A stretch of DNA of 33,118 bases, taken from Patescibacteria group bacterium (GTDB lineage: Bacteria > Patescibacteriota > JACMRA01). Position 1 is the first letter of the stretch. Each line of letters starts with the position of its first letter. Shown here one piece after another: positions 19,252 through 29,200 of this stretch. Under the pieces are notes generated by a model, which ran no database searches, had not been told where the DNA came from, and saw nothing but the letters and a program-made list of their open reading frames with translations. The stretch spans positions 1 to 33,118 of the forward strand of contig JBBSJV010000003.1 of NCBI GenBank assembly GCA_038256935.1, written 5' to 3'. A program made the translations under genes and the position numbers.

Positions 19252-19412
19252 GGTTTTGGAGGTTAACAAATAAGGCTCAGTTATTTAAAAAATAGATATG
19301 TATAGTCTATAGTTTCCGCTATTAAACACTTTTAAGCAAGCTTAGGTTTACTGATTAATCTGAATGATTTAAACAACAATTACTTTACATTATTACAATA
19401 ATCTGCTGTAAT

Positions 19413-20477
19413 TTGTTAGTGAATTTTATCTCCAAAATAAACCAATACAAAGAACCGTTTTTAAGATTTTCCAAATGGTTTACAAATTTTGATGACAAAT
19501 CAATTGATCCTTTTGAGGTAGATTTTAGCAAATCTTGGTGGAGTCCCTATCTGTCGATTAAAACCGGGGTTCTATCTGTCTTTGCTACCAATTTTATAAT
19601 TAGTATTTATGACGCAATTACCCCCATTTGGCTTGGATATATTTTTAGCACTCAAAAATTTGAACAGTTATGGGCTATTGCAGGAGTTTACGTTTTGGTT
19701 TATTTAGTCTTACTTCAAGCCTTGAATCGCTACTATCAAATCGGACAAGGAAAGCTAAACCATTCACTGGATATGGCTACTCAAAATCTTCTTTTAGAAG
19801 TTGACCCTAGCTATCATACTACCAAATCAAGTGGAGAAGTCTTGTCCAAAATTTCTAGGATTGAAAAGTATGTCGATTTATTAGAAAATTTATCTTGGGG
19901 ATTTTTCTCATTATTTTTTGGTGCATTTTTCTCAGCGTTTTCCCTGTTTGCAGTTTCTTTTGCAGCAGGACTTGCAGCAATTGTTTCTAATACTGTTTTA
20001 ATATTTCTAAGCCTATTTCTAATCTCTTTTAGCTCCACTTGGCACGAACAAGAACTAATTAAAAAAATGGATTCAAAGAGTGAATCTCAAGTAGAAAACA
20101 TGACTCAGGCTTTGTATATCAGGGCTACCTTTGCTACGTCCCAGCAGCTCAGTAAATTCAAAACTAGATCAATAGTATCTCATTTAATGGATATGCAAAA
20201 ATGGAGAATGTTTGATTGGATTATACTTATTCTAAGATTTGTAATGGGCCTGGGTTGGGGAGCAGTTATTTATTTTTGTGTTATCCAAATTCAATCTGGA
20301 AACAGAGACTCAGCTTTTGTTGCCCCGATAATTATTGCCTATATGATAAATTCCTCCTACATCATCTGGCAAGGAAATAGTCTTACTAATTTACTGGAAA
20401 CAGTAGCTAAAATAAAGGATTACTGGAAATTTATGAAAAGTATACCACAAGGAAGCTATCCGGTTTTGGACAAATAA
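19413..20477 (+). CDS. Stand-alone ABC exporter transmembrane domain protein (no NBD)
   Basis: ~6 TM; VDPSYHTTKSSGEVLSKISR and EN...IRATF motifs; no Walker motifs; start uncertain. Confidence 0.75.
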   Translation: MLVNFISKINQYKEPFLRFSKWFTNFDDKSIDPFEVDFSKSWWSPYLSIKTGVLSVFATNFIISIYDAITPIWLGYIFSTQKFEQLWAIAGVYVLVYLVLLQALNRYYQIGQGKLNHSLDMATQNLLLEVDPSYHTTKSSGEVLSKISRIEKYVDLLENLSWGFFSLFFGAFFSAFSLFAVSFAAGLAAIVSNTVLIFLSLFLISFSSTWHEQELIKKMDSKSESQVENMTQALYIRATFATSQQLSKFKTRSIVSHLMDMQKWRMFDWIILILRFVMGLGWGAVIYFCVIQIQSGNRDSAFVAPIIIAYMINSSYIIWQGNSLTNLLETVAKIKDYWKFMKSIPQGSYPVLDK

Positions 20478-20500
20478 AAACCCCGCTTTTAGTAGCGAGG
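20476..20500 (-). terminator. Intrinsic terminator
   Basis: Minus strand cctcgct-actaaa-agcgggg followed by tttt; similar to the tuf terminator. Confidence 0.7.
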
Positions 20501-20523
20501 AAATAGATTGTTTTTTTGTAGTG

Positions 20524-20928
20524 CTAAGCTTCAGACTTTGTTTCAACTTCAACTTTTTCGACTTCAGCTGTTTCAACTTTAGATTTTACTTCAGTTTCAG
20601 GTTCAACTCCGCGAACTTTATTAAAAGCTCCCATCCAGTTAAACACTGCTGCAATAATATGCATAATTAGAGCAACAAATGGGATCCAACCAACAACTGC
20701 AGCAGCAATACCTAAAATAGGACCAACGATTTGATTTTTTTCCTTGATAGCATACACGAGTGAAACCACATTAAGAGCCAATGTAACTATTAATATTGTC
20801 CACACTGTCATTATCACAACTAAACCACCAAGTACTGGAATACCAAGTATCGTTTCAAGAACTGCAGCAGCCATCATCAAGTAGTTTGAAAGTGTAAGGT
20901 CATTAACCTTAATTGAGTTTTTTTCCAT
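20524..20928 (-). CDS. Small multi-pass membrane protein with Glu/Lys-rich tail
   Basis: ETILGIPVLGG, VGWIPFVALIMH; ~4 hydrophobic segments. Confidence 0.75.
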   Translation of the reverse strand: MEKNSIKVNDLTLSNYLMMAAAVLETILGIPVLGGLVVIMTVWTILIVTLALNVVSLVYAIKEKNQIVGPILGIAAAVVGWIPFVALIMHIIAAVFNWMGAFNKVRGVEPETEVKSKVETAEVEKVEVETKSEA

Positions 20929-21043
20929 ATAATTATGCTTAGTATGCAATAACAATTAAGTCTATAGTTTTAGATATTAATTGTTTGGGGTGGAGTTTTT
21001 TGGCCTCACATTAAGCAAAAACTTGGTAGGACTTAAAGCCGTA

Positions 21044-22384
21044 TCAAACAACACCCTGATCCAGCATTGCTTTAGCTACTCTGACAAAACCTGCTATATT
21101 AGCTCCTGAGACGTAATCGATACTCCCGTCTTTTTGCTTGCCGAATTCTTTAGTCTGATCGTGAATGTCTTGCATCATAAGACATAATTTTTCATCTACT
21201 TCGCTGCTACTCCAGTAGATTCTTTGCGAATTTTGGGCCATTTCAAGTCCAGACACACCGACTCCACCAGCGTTTGCGGCTTTGGCTGGGGCTACGATTA
21301 CATTGTTTGCTTGAAAGTATTCTAGGGCTTCATTTGTCGTAGGCATATTAGCACCCTCCCCGATGATTTCTACACCATTTTGTACTAATAGTTTGGCATC
21401 CTCCATTTCAATTTCATTTTGCGTTGCACACGGTAGAGCGATTTGAATATCATCCAAAATCCATGGTTTTTTACCTTCAAAATAATTTAATTTATACTCA
21501 GTTGCAAATTCAGATATTCTACCACCTCGGTTGTTTTTTAGAACTTTCACGTACTCTAGTTGCTCAGTACTAAGCCCTTCTGGAATATGCACAAACCCTG
21601 ATGAATCTGATAAACTGATGACTTTTGCTCCCTTATAAATTGCTTTTTCACTAGCATATTGAGCGACGTTTCCAGACCCTGAGATAGCTACAGTTTTGTC
21701 TTCAAAATCTTGATTTATTTCAGATAGAATATTCTCTACAAAATAAATCAATCCATAACCTGTAGCTTCGGTGCGGATCTGGCTTCCACCCCAGCCAACC
21801 CCCTTACCTGTCAAAACTCCGACATGGTTTTTAGTTAGTTTTTTGTATTGGCCAAATAGGTAGCCAATTTCTTTGCCACCTACTCCAATATCCCCTGCTG
21901 GCACATCAAGATCTGGCCCGACAAATGTATACAACTCATTCATAAAGGCTTGGGTAAATCTCATTATCTCGTTATCAGACTTGCCTTTGGGATCAAAGTC
22001 ACTACCCCCCTTTCCACCGCCTAGTGGCAAGCTTGTCAGGCTGTTTTTAAAAATCTGCTCAAACCCTAAGAATTTCAAGATACTAAGATTAACACTAGGG
22101 TGAAACCTCAAACCTCCTTTATATGGGCCTAGTGCGCTATTAAATTGGACTCTATAGCCAGTGTTGACTTGGACATTTCCTTTATCATCAACCCAAGGAA
22201 TTCTAAAAATCAGACTTCTTTCAGGCTCTACTAGTCTTTCAAGTAGACTTAATTGATTGTACTCAGGATTTGCTTCAATGAACTCAGAAAGAGAGTCAAG
22301 GACTTCAGTTGTAGCTTGTAGGTATTCTTTTTCTGTAGAATATTTGGTATTTAATTTGTCTTTTAGTTGATTAATTGTACTCAT
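21044..22384 (-). CDS. gdhA: NADP-specific glutamate dehydrogenase
   Basis: GPYKGGLRFH, GGGKGGSDFDP, DVPAGDIG, EATGYG, SGSGNVA, KAANAGGV. Confidence 0.97.
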   Translation of the reverse strand: MSTINQLKDKLNTKYSTEKEYLQATTEVLDSLSEFIEANPEYNQLSLLERLVEPERSLIFRIPWVDDKGNVQVNTGYRVQFNSALGPYKGGLRFHPSVNLSILKFLGFEQIFKNSLTSLPLGGGKGGSDFDPKGKSDNEIMRFTQAFMNELYTFVGPDLDVPAGDIGVGGKEIGYLFGQYKKLTKNHVGVLTGKGVGWGGSQIRTEATGYGLIYFVENILSEINQDFEDKTVAISGSGNVAQYASEKAIYKGAKVISLSDSSGFVHIPEGLSTEQLEYVKVLKNNRGGRISEFATEYKLNYFEGKKPWILDDIQIALPCATQNEIEMEDAKLLVQNGVEIIGEGANMPTTNEALEYFQANNVIVAPAKAANAGGVGVSGLEMAQNSQRIYWSSSEVDEKLCLMMQDIHDQTKEFGKQKDGSIDYVSGANIAGFVRVAKAMLDQGVV

Positions 22385-22665
22385 AAAATGTATTAGTTTC
22401 TTTATGTTACTAATAATAATATATATTTGATACTTAGTCAAGATATTTTACCGTTCAATTTCCATAGGATGTTTCAAATGGGTTGATAAACAACCAACTT
22501 GTAAAAATTCGTGAGGCTTAAATTACGAGATCATAGAAAAATACACTTTTAAACAAGAAGGAGCTCAACAGTCAAAACTATCTCATAAAATAAAATTTAA
22601 TTATCGTGAATAAATGATTGGAATCAAACATTGTCATTACTTATTTTTTATGCTAACAATTGAAA

Positions 22666-23217
22666 ATGAGTGAAAAAGAAGTAAAACTTACAGAAGCAGA
22701 GGCTAACTATCAAAAAGAATTAGGACAAACACTTATAATTGCTTATAATACGATATTTTGAGGTTACACTGTCTATGATAAAGGAAAGCAAGAGAGAGAA
22801 ATATTTCTACAGTTTCGCGATAAAACCATTTTAAATTATTTAATAGCACTTAGGAGAATAAAGGCAGAAGTTAATAAGGGTAACGATATCTCTCTTAAAA
22901 TTGGGCAAAAAATAATATTAGAAGCTTATTTTTCTTCTTTATCATTATTAAAATCTGATATCAGCTTGATCAGGTCCACTCAAGAGGGTTTGAATTTGGT
23001 TGAATTTTATGAGGCATTTGAGCAATCAATCTCAACTAACTTTAATACCTTCATTTTTGAAGAAAATGGTCCCAGTAAAAATGAAGTTATGATTATACTA
23101 GAAATGTTTATTAAGTATATGAACCTAACTGATAGTCTTCTCGATTTAAATATATGGAAATCAGCATCAACGGGAAATAGAGCATGGGGTGGTAAAGAAT
23201 TAGAGTTAGTTGAATAA
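22666..23217 (+). pseudogene. Hypothetical helical protein with in-frame TGA
   Basis: ATG 22666 follows a TTGTCA-17-TAACAA promoter-like element; the frame is open to 23217 except TGA 22759-22761. Confidence 0.6.
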
Positions 23218-23222
23218 TTTTA

Positions 23223-24005
23223 CTACCTAAACATCTCCTCAACAGGAACATCAGTTAGAACCTCATACCCATTTTTGGTAACCAGCACTGAGTGTTCGAT
23301 ATGAGCTGACATACAACCCTCTACCGTCTTTACAATCTCAATTCCGCTTCCAGGGACTGGTTCAAAATACACTTCCCCGCTACCAAGGGTCACCATTGGT
23401 TCGATTGCTATAACCATATTTTCCATCAATCTCGATCCTGTTCCAGGGCGACCTGCGTGGGTAATATGCGGTGCATCGTGGGGTTTGTAGCCAAGCCCAT
23501 GCCCTCCCAGATCCAATACATTTCCAAGACCTGCATCTTGCAAGACTTTATCTACAGCGTGGCCGATATCGCCTACTCTTTTCCCTGCTTTTACAGCTTT
23601 TATCCCTGCCCATAATGACTCCTCAGTTTTTTGTACTAATAATTCTCCTTCTTTTCCAATATCTCCAAAACTCATCAAAATACACATATCTGAATACATC
23701 CCTTGATAAATGGCTCCGCAGTCAAAACTAATGATTGAGTTATCAGGCAAGATCTTGCTATCGGGGCTCATGCCATGCACTACCTCGTCATTTACTTCAG
23801 TAATCAAGGTGTAAGGATAGCCGTAAAGATTTTTAAAACTTGGAGTTGCTCCGTGATCTCTAATGAAGCTTTCAGCTAAGTCATTTAGTTTCCCAGCACT
23901 AACTCCAGCCTTTGCCTCCCCTCTTATCATATGCAAGCAACTAGCTAGTATAAGACAAGAATGGCGAAGGTTATTTAGGTCAGTATAGTTTTTGATGATG
24001 GACAT
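23223..24005 (-). CDS. map: Methionine aminopeptidase type I
   Basis: VVHG, DCG...SD, GGHGLG..HDAP, IAIEPM, SAHIEHS. Confidence 0.95.
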   Translation of the reverse strand: MSIIKNYTDLNNLRHSCLILASCLHMIRGEAKAGVSAGKLNDLAESFIRDHGATPSFKNLYGYPYTLITEVNDEVVHGMSPDSKILPDNSIISFDCGAIYQGMYSDMCILMSFGDIGKEGELLVQKTEESLWAGIKAVKAGKRVGDIGHAVDKVLQDAGLGNVLDLGGHGLGYKPHDAPHITHAGRPGTGSRLMENMVIAIEPMVTLGSGEVYFEPVPGSGIEIVKTVEGCMSAHIEHSVLVTKNGYEVLTDVPVEEMFR

Positions 24006-24068
24006 GTTTGATAAGGTTGAATAATGATGATAGAATAAAAGTACATTAATCAAATATTTGCAAGTAGC

Positions 24069-25166
24069 ATGAATCATAAACCACGAATTGGAGTCATAAA
24101 CGGAGGAGGCGATTGCCCTGGCCTCAATACTGTGATAGATTCACTAGTCAAAACACTTTATCCTGAATACGAAGTTTTTGGCTTTTATAAAGGCTACGAA
24201 GGATTGCTAGAGAAAAATTATTTTCACCTACTTCCTGAATACACTAATAGATTTAAATTTCAAGGTGGTACGATGCTCAAAAGTGTTAATCATGGTCACT
24301 TCCCAGGTAAAATCGGTGGCGGTGAACTAAACCTGATTGATAAAAGTATTCTAGCTAAAACTAAAGAAAACTACGACGAAATGGGTTTAGAAGCAATTGT
24401 AGTTCTTGGTGGTGATGGGACTATGAGCGTGGCTTTGCAACTGCAAGAGATGGGTTTGAATATGGTTGGTGTTCCAAAAAGTATTGATAATGATTTGTAC
24501 GGCACTGACTATACTTTTGGCTTTCAAACTGCTGTAGAAATTGCAACTGAAGCACTGGATAGGTTAGAAACCACAGGTTATAGTCATGATAGAGTTATGA
24601 TACTGGAGCTTATGGGTAGAAATGCTGGCTGGATTTCTTTAAACGCAGGTATCGCAGGGGGAGCCAATATGATTTTGATTCCTGAAATTCCCTTTACCTA
24701 CGATCAGCTACTAAAGTACATTCAAGCTAGAGTAGAAAAAGGCAAACACAATGCACTCATTGTAGTAGCTGAAGGTGCAATCAGTGTTGGTGGGGAGAAA
24801 ATTTTATCAGATATAGGCGGGCAATCTAGTGAGCAAAACTTATCTGGAATAGGAAGTAATATTGCAAGGTTTTTGAATAGTCAAAATATCGATGCAAGAT
24901 CTACAATCTTAGGTCATATTCAAAGGGGAGGCAGTCCTAATAGCTTTGATAGGATTTTGAGCAGGCAATACGGAGCCTTTGCTGGAAATATGATAAAAGA
25001 CAAAAAATACGCACAAGTAGTGACTTACAATTGCCATGATTTTACATCAATGACTTTAGATGAATGTGTATCCCAGCTAAAACTTGTAGATCCCGAATCT
25101 TCAATAGTAAAACTTGCAAGACAAATGGGGATTAGTTTTGGAGAAACTGGAGAGATTTATTTTTAG
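24069..25166 (+). CDS. pfkA: 6-phosphofructokinase (group III/mixed type, probably ATP-dependent)
   Basis: GGGDCPGLN, GGDGT, PKSIDND, MGRNAGW, LGHIQRGG. Confidence 0.93.
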   Translation: MNHKPRIGVINGGGDCPGLNTVIDSLVKTLYPEYEVFGFYKGYEGLLEKNYFHLLPEYTNRFKFQGGTMLKSVNHGHFPGKIGGGELNLIDKSILAKTKENYDEMGLEAIVVLGGDGTMSVALQLQEMGLNMVGVPKSIDNDLYGTDYTFGFQTAVEIATEALDRLETTGYSHDRVMILELMGRNAGWISLNAGIAGGANMILIPEIPFTYDQLLKYIQARVEKGKHNALIVVAEGAISVGGEKILSDIGGQSSEQNLSGIGSNIARFLNSQNIDARSTILGHIQRGGSPNSFDRILSRQYGAFAGNMIKDKKYAQVVTYNCHDFTSMTLDECVSQLKLVDPESSIVKLARQMGISFGETGEIYF

Positions 25167-25247
25167 ATTAATTGGTCAGTATAATAGTTTGTAATAAAAT
25201 ATTTTATGAATGATAATGGCACTTTGTAAGTCATCAAATCATATTAT

Positions 25248-25516
25248 TGTCATTGCAGAACTCGTTTCAGAATCTCTCCCTTACTGTGTGCTTAAAAGAC
25301 CCTGAAATAAATTCAGGGTGACACATAGATTCTGTCATTAAAATAATTAACATCTACAACCCTGAATTTATTTCAGGGTCTGTTACTTATATTAATAGAG
25401 AAAAGATACTGAAACGAGTTCAGTATGACAGATTAAAATTGTCAGCGAATAAATTGACACTTACAGGGATGACATGTGGATTTTGTCAGCGAAATAATTA
25501 ACATCAAAAGGGTGAC
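25248..25516. repeat. Cluster of GTCA/TGAC REP-like palindromes (BIME-like mosaic)
   Basis: Units at 25248-25275, 25297-25323, 25357-25381 and 25404-25430 alternate in orientation; three TGACA-N9-TGTCA sites. Confidence 0.85.
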
Positions 25517-25606
25517 AAGTTTTAGAATGTAATTATACCTTCAAAATTAATTTTGTACCTTAAGTGCAGGTTCCGTGGTAGCAACTTGCTAAAGGATAAA
25601 CATTAT

Positions 25607-26197
25607 TTACACCTTGCCTATCTTTGGACTGGGTACATTTTCTACAATTGCTTCCAATAATTCTTTGACTCCTTCTCCTGTTTTGCCGCTCACATGTAGT
25701 ATTTTGTCTTTTGGATAACTTAGGACTTGTTCAATTTCTTCACTTCGAGTTGGGATATCAGCGTTTGGTAGATCGATTTTATTTAAAACTGGGATAATCT
25801 CTAGATCCAATTCTATTGCGGAGTACAAATTTGCTAATGTCTGAGCTTGGATACCTTGAGTGGCATCTACTAATAGAACCGCCCCTTCACAAGCAGCAAG
25901 AGACCGTGAGACTTCATAAGCAAAATCCACATGCCCTGGTGTATCAATAAGATTTAAGATAAATTTTTGACCTTTAAATCGAGGATCTTTTCCAGTATAA
26001 GTATAGTCCATGCGAACTGGTTGCAGTTTGATTGTGATTCCACGCTCTCTTTCCAGATCCATCTTATCCAAAGTCTGCTCTTGTAACTCTCTGTTTGTAA
26101 TAGCTCCAGTAAATTCCATTAGTCTATCAGATAGAGTACTTTTACCATGATCTATATGGGCAATTATGGAAAAGTTGCGAATTTGGGAAAGTGACAT
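25607..26197 (-). CDS. lepA: Elongation factor 4 (LepA) GTPase domain only; truncated or split
   Basis: [52 protein letters not shown]; stops at aa 196 after VPSP. Confidence 0.9.
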   Translation of the reverse strand: MSLSQIRNFSIIAHIDHGKSTLSDRLMEFTGAITNRELQEQTLDKMDLERERGITIKLQPVRMDYTYTGKDPRFKGQKFILNLIDTPGHVDFAYEVSRSLAACEGAVLLVDATQGIQAQTLANLYSAIELDLEIIPVLNKIDLPNADIPTRSEEIEQVLSYPKDKILHVSGKTGEGVKELLEAIVENVPSPKIGKV

Positions 26198-26215
26198 TTA
26201 TTAGTTTAGTTTGTT

Positions 26216-29200
26216 TTAATTTACAGTCACAGGAACGGAAGTAACTGTTGGACCACCACCATTAATACTAATAACGACTGAAGGCCCAAACCCAGCTCCA
26301 GTTGTATTTGGAATTGCCGCTAACGGACACCTTGCAAGGCCATTACTTAGCTGACAATCTTGCTGAGACCCACCTGAAAAGTAAACTCTAGCTGAGGTAA
26401 CAGTAGATGGATTGTAGTTTAGTGTACAAGTAACAATAGAACCTGAGGCCATAGTACTTGGACATGATAAATTGCTGTAGGTAGCTGGCACTGCTTGAAT
26501 AGTAGCTGAAACTGATCTTGTGTAGACCTTACCATTATTGTCTGTGACTTCAAAAACAAAATTACCAGGACCTGGGTTTACTGCAGCTGCTGTTACTGCG
26601 CCTGCGGTGGAGGCAAGTTGTGTTCCATCTCTTAAAATCCTAACTGTAGTAACAGTCAAGCCAGTTGCAGCTGGAAAACTAGCAGACATTGTGACATTGC
26701 TTATCGCGTTATTGCCTGTTATTAAATTTGTGGCAATATCAGGTTCTACAGCTATCAAAGGGCCAGTTTGCGTTGATGGCTCTGGGATATTGCAATAGCT
26801 AGGATCTCTTTTACTCCACTCATCAGAAGGGTTTCTCCAAGCTGGAGTATTAAACTCTGCAACCAATAAAAAACATCTCACCTCTTCTTTATTAGATTCA
26901 TCAGTTGTCCCCTCTACAAACAATTTACCATCAGCTTTATTGACGAAATAACTAGCCGGTAAGACTGTTGAGCGGTTTTCAAAGATACTCTGAGCTTTAT
27001 ATTTCTCCACTTCAGCAGGTGTTGCCAAGGCTACCACACCAGTTTTTTTATTGAGTTGTTCGATCTGTTTCTTAGTTAAGTATTCCACTGACCCTGTTGG
27101 TCTTTGAGGCTCAGCTGGTTGGTTTGGATCAGCAGGGGTGTTGTTATTTAATCCTGTTCTAGAATTTACAAACACCCTAGTAAGCCCTTCTGTACTAAAG
27201 TTTTTGACTTCTTTACCATTATGCATGTATTCCATGATTCGATTCCAAACTGGAGCTGCGCCAATAGACGATGAAACATTTGAAGCCATAGCCCCATTAT
27301 CAGTGCGACCCACCCAAACTGAAATCGAATAATAAGGAGTACCTCCTACTGTCCACAAATCTCTAGGTCCATTTGAAGTTCCAGTTTTGGCAGCAACTTT
27401 CCACCTTTTATCTTTGAGTTCTAATAATGTTCTAGATGAACCAAATTCAGCTGCTCTACTGCTGTAATCACTCATCACTTGAGTGACTTGTCTAGCAATT
27501 AACTTGTTTTCTTCATCGGCATCTTTTACTGGATACACTGGAGTAGCACTGCTTTGTTTTTTTAGATATACATCTTCACCACCTTTTTTCTTTTTGATGC
27601 TAATAAAAGGAGTTGCTGTACGTAAATTTCCTTCTTGTAAAAAGGTATTTATACCAGTAGTATGAGAAAGCAGGGTTACCTCACAACCTCCAAGAGCGGA
27701 GGCGATGAAACATCTTCCACGATAAGCATTTTTAACATCTTCTGCTGTGACTCCTTTAATCTCATTTGGAGCACAAGTTTCTACTCCAGCATTTTTTACT
27801 CCAAACCTATCTGGATTGCTAGCTCCTTCTACACATGGAAATACCACCCCCATTGACTCTGTGTAATTGAAAAAAGTATCAAGTTTTGATGCTTGATTAC
27901 TAGCAGGGTCATCGTTTACAAGAAACAGTGTTTTAACTGCAGGGATGTTTAAAGATCCTTGTAGGGCTCTTCTCATACTAACTGGACCTCTAAATCTGTT
28001 ATCAAAGTTTTTAGGTGTATAACTTCCCCAGTTTGTTTGCATGTCATTTATCATTGTCCCTGGATTAAAACCATTTCTAAAGGCAGCTGCATAAATATAG
28101 GGTTTAATACTACTTCCGGGTTGTTGAGCACTGGTAGCAATATTTACCTTTCCATCAATATCCGCTCTATTGTAGGCTAGAGAACCAACCATGGCTACTA
28201 CTTGACCTGTTGGACCATCAACTACTACTGCAGAAGCGTTATTTGCTTCAAATCGAGTGATTTGAGGTTCTGACTCCGCTACAATTTGAGTAACATCTTG
28301 TTGTATCTGAGGATCTAATGTAGTTATAATATCATAGCCTTCCTCATACAATTCAGTCTCAGAAATAAACTTAGTAAGTTCTTTGGTAATATATTCTCTA
28401 AAGTGAGGGTATGGATCACTTACAGGCAAAGTAACAAAGGCTACCTTATTTTCAGTTCTTGCAACTTGACCTGCAGCTTCATCAGTTGTAGAAACCACTG
28501 GAGTTGTTTGTAAACTTAGAAGCTGATCTTTAGATTCAATGTATTTTCCTCTTACACCATTTTCCAGTGGGAATTCTTTTTCTTCAAGTTTCTGCAAGCA
28601 TACATTTTTCCTAAATTCTAAATCTCTAGCTGCAGTCAATGCTGAATCATCAGCATTTACGTTTACAGCTATTTCTTGACCATCAACATTTTCTACTACC
28701 GTCTCATCAACATTTTCGATACCAAGTAATCCGTTACTGATTTGTATGTTTGCATCACCAATCCTTCTAACCCCACCTTCAAAATAGCTAGTCTGCTGCA
28801 CCATTGATGATAGATAACAGGCTTCTATAATATTTATGTCTTTGATATCTTTATTGAAATATGATCTACTTGCTTGTTGAACACCATAGGCATTTCTTCC
28901 AAAAGGTACCCAATTTAAGTATTTATCTAGAATTTCAGTTGTACTTGTATTTTCATTTAATTGAACAGCTGTGAATAATTCCCTGATTTTTCTATCTACA
29001 CTTCTATCATCATCTTCTGTAATATTTTTGATCAATTGCTGAGAAAGTCCACTTGCTCCTCTACACTCATCACCAACCGAGGTAAAGCATTTGAAACCGG
29101 CTCCAGCTATGTTGCGCCAAGGTATACCTAGCTCATTATCATGAAAATTCTCATCTTCTAAAGCTACTATTGCTAGCTGCATCTCAGTTGGAATACAATT

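Noticed and set aside
19252-19412. M-box riboswitch upstream of mgtE
   Set aside because: AT-rich, with no recognisable conserved structure
6478-22761. Stop-codon reassignment (e.g. code 25) to explain the in-frame stops
   Set aside because: All three stop types interrupt genes, and each also ends conserved genes normally (gdhA TGA, map TAG, tuf TAA)
24069-25166. PPi-dependent PFK
   Set aside because: It has GGDG rather than GGDD; G plus K (PKSIDND) is typical of ATP-dependent group III enzymes
25520-25606. Intron, intein or frameshift continuing lepA
   Set aside because: No downstream exon and no recognisable group I/II or intein motifs
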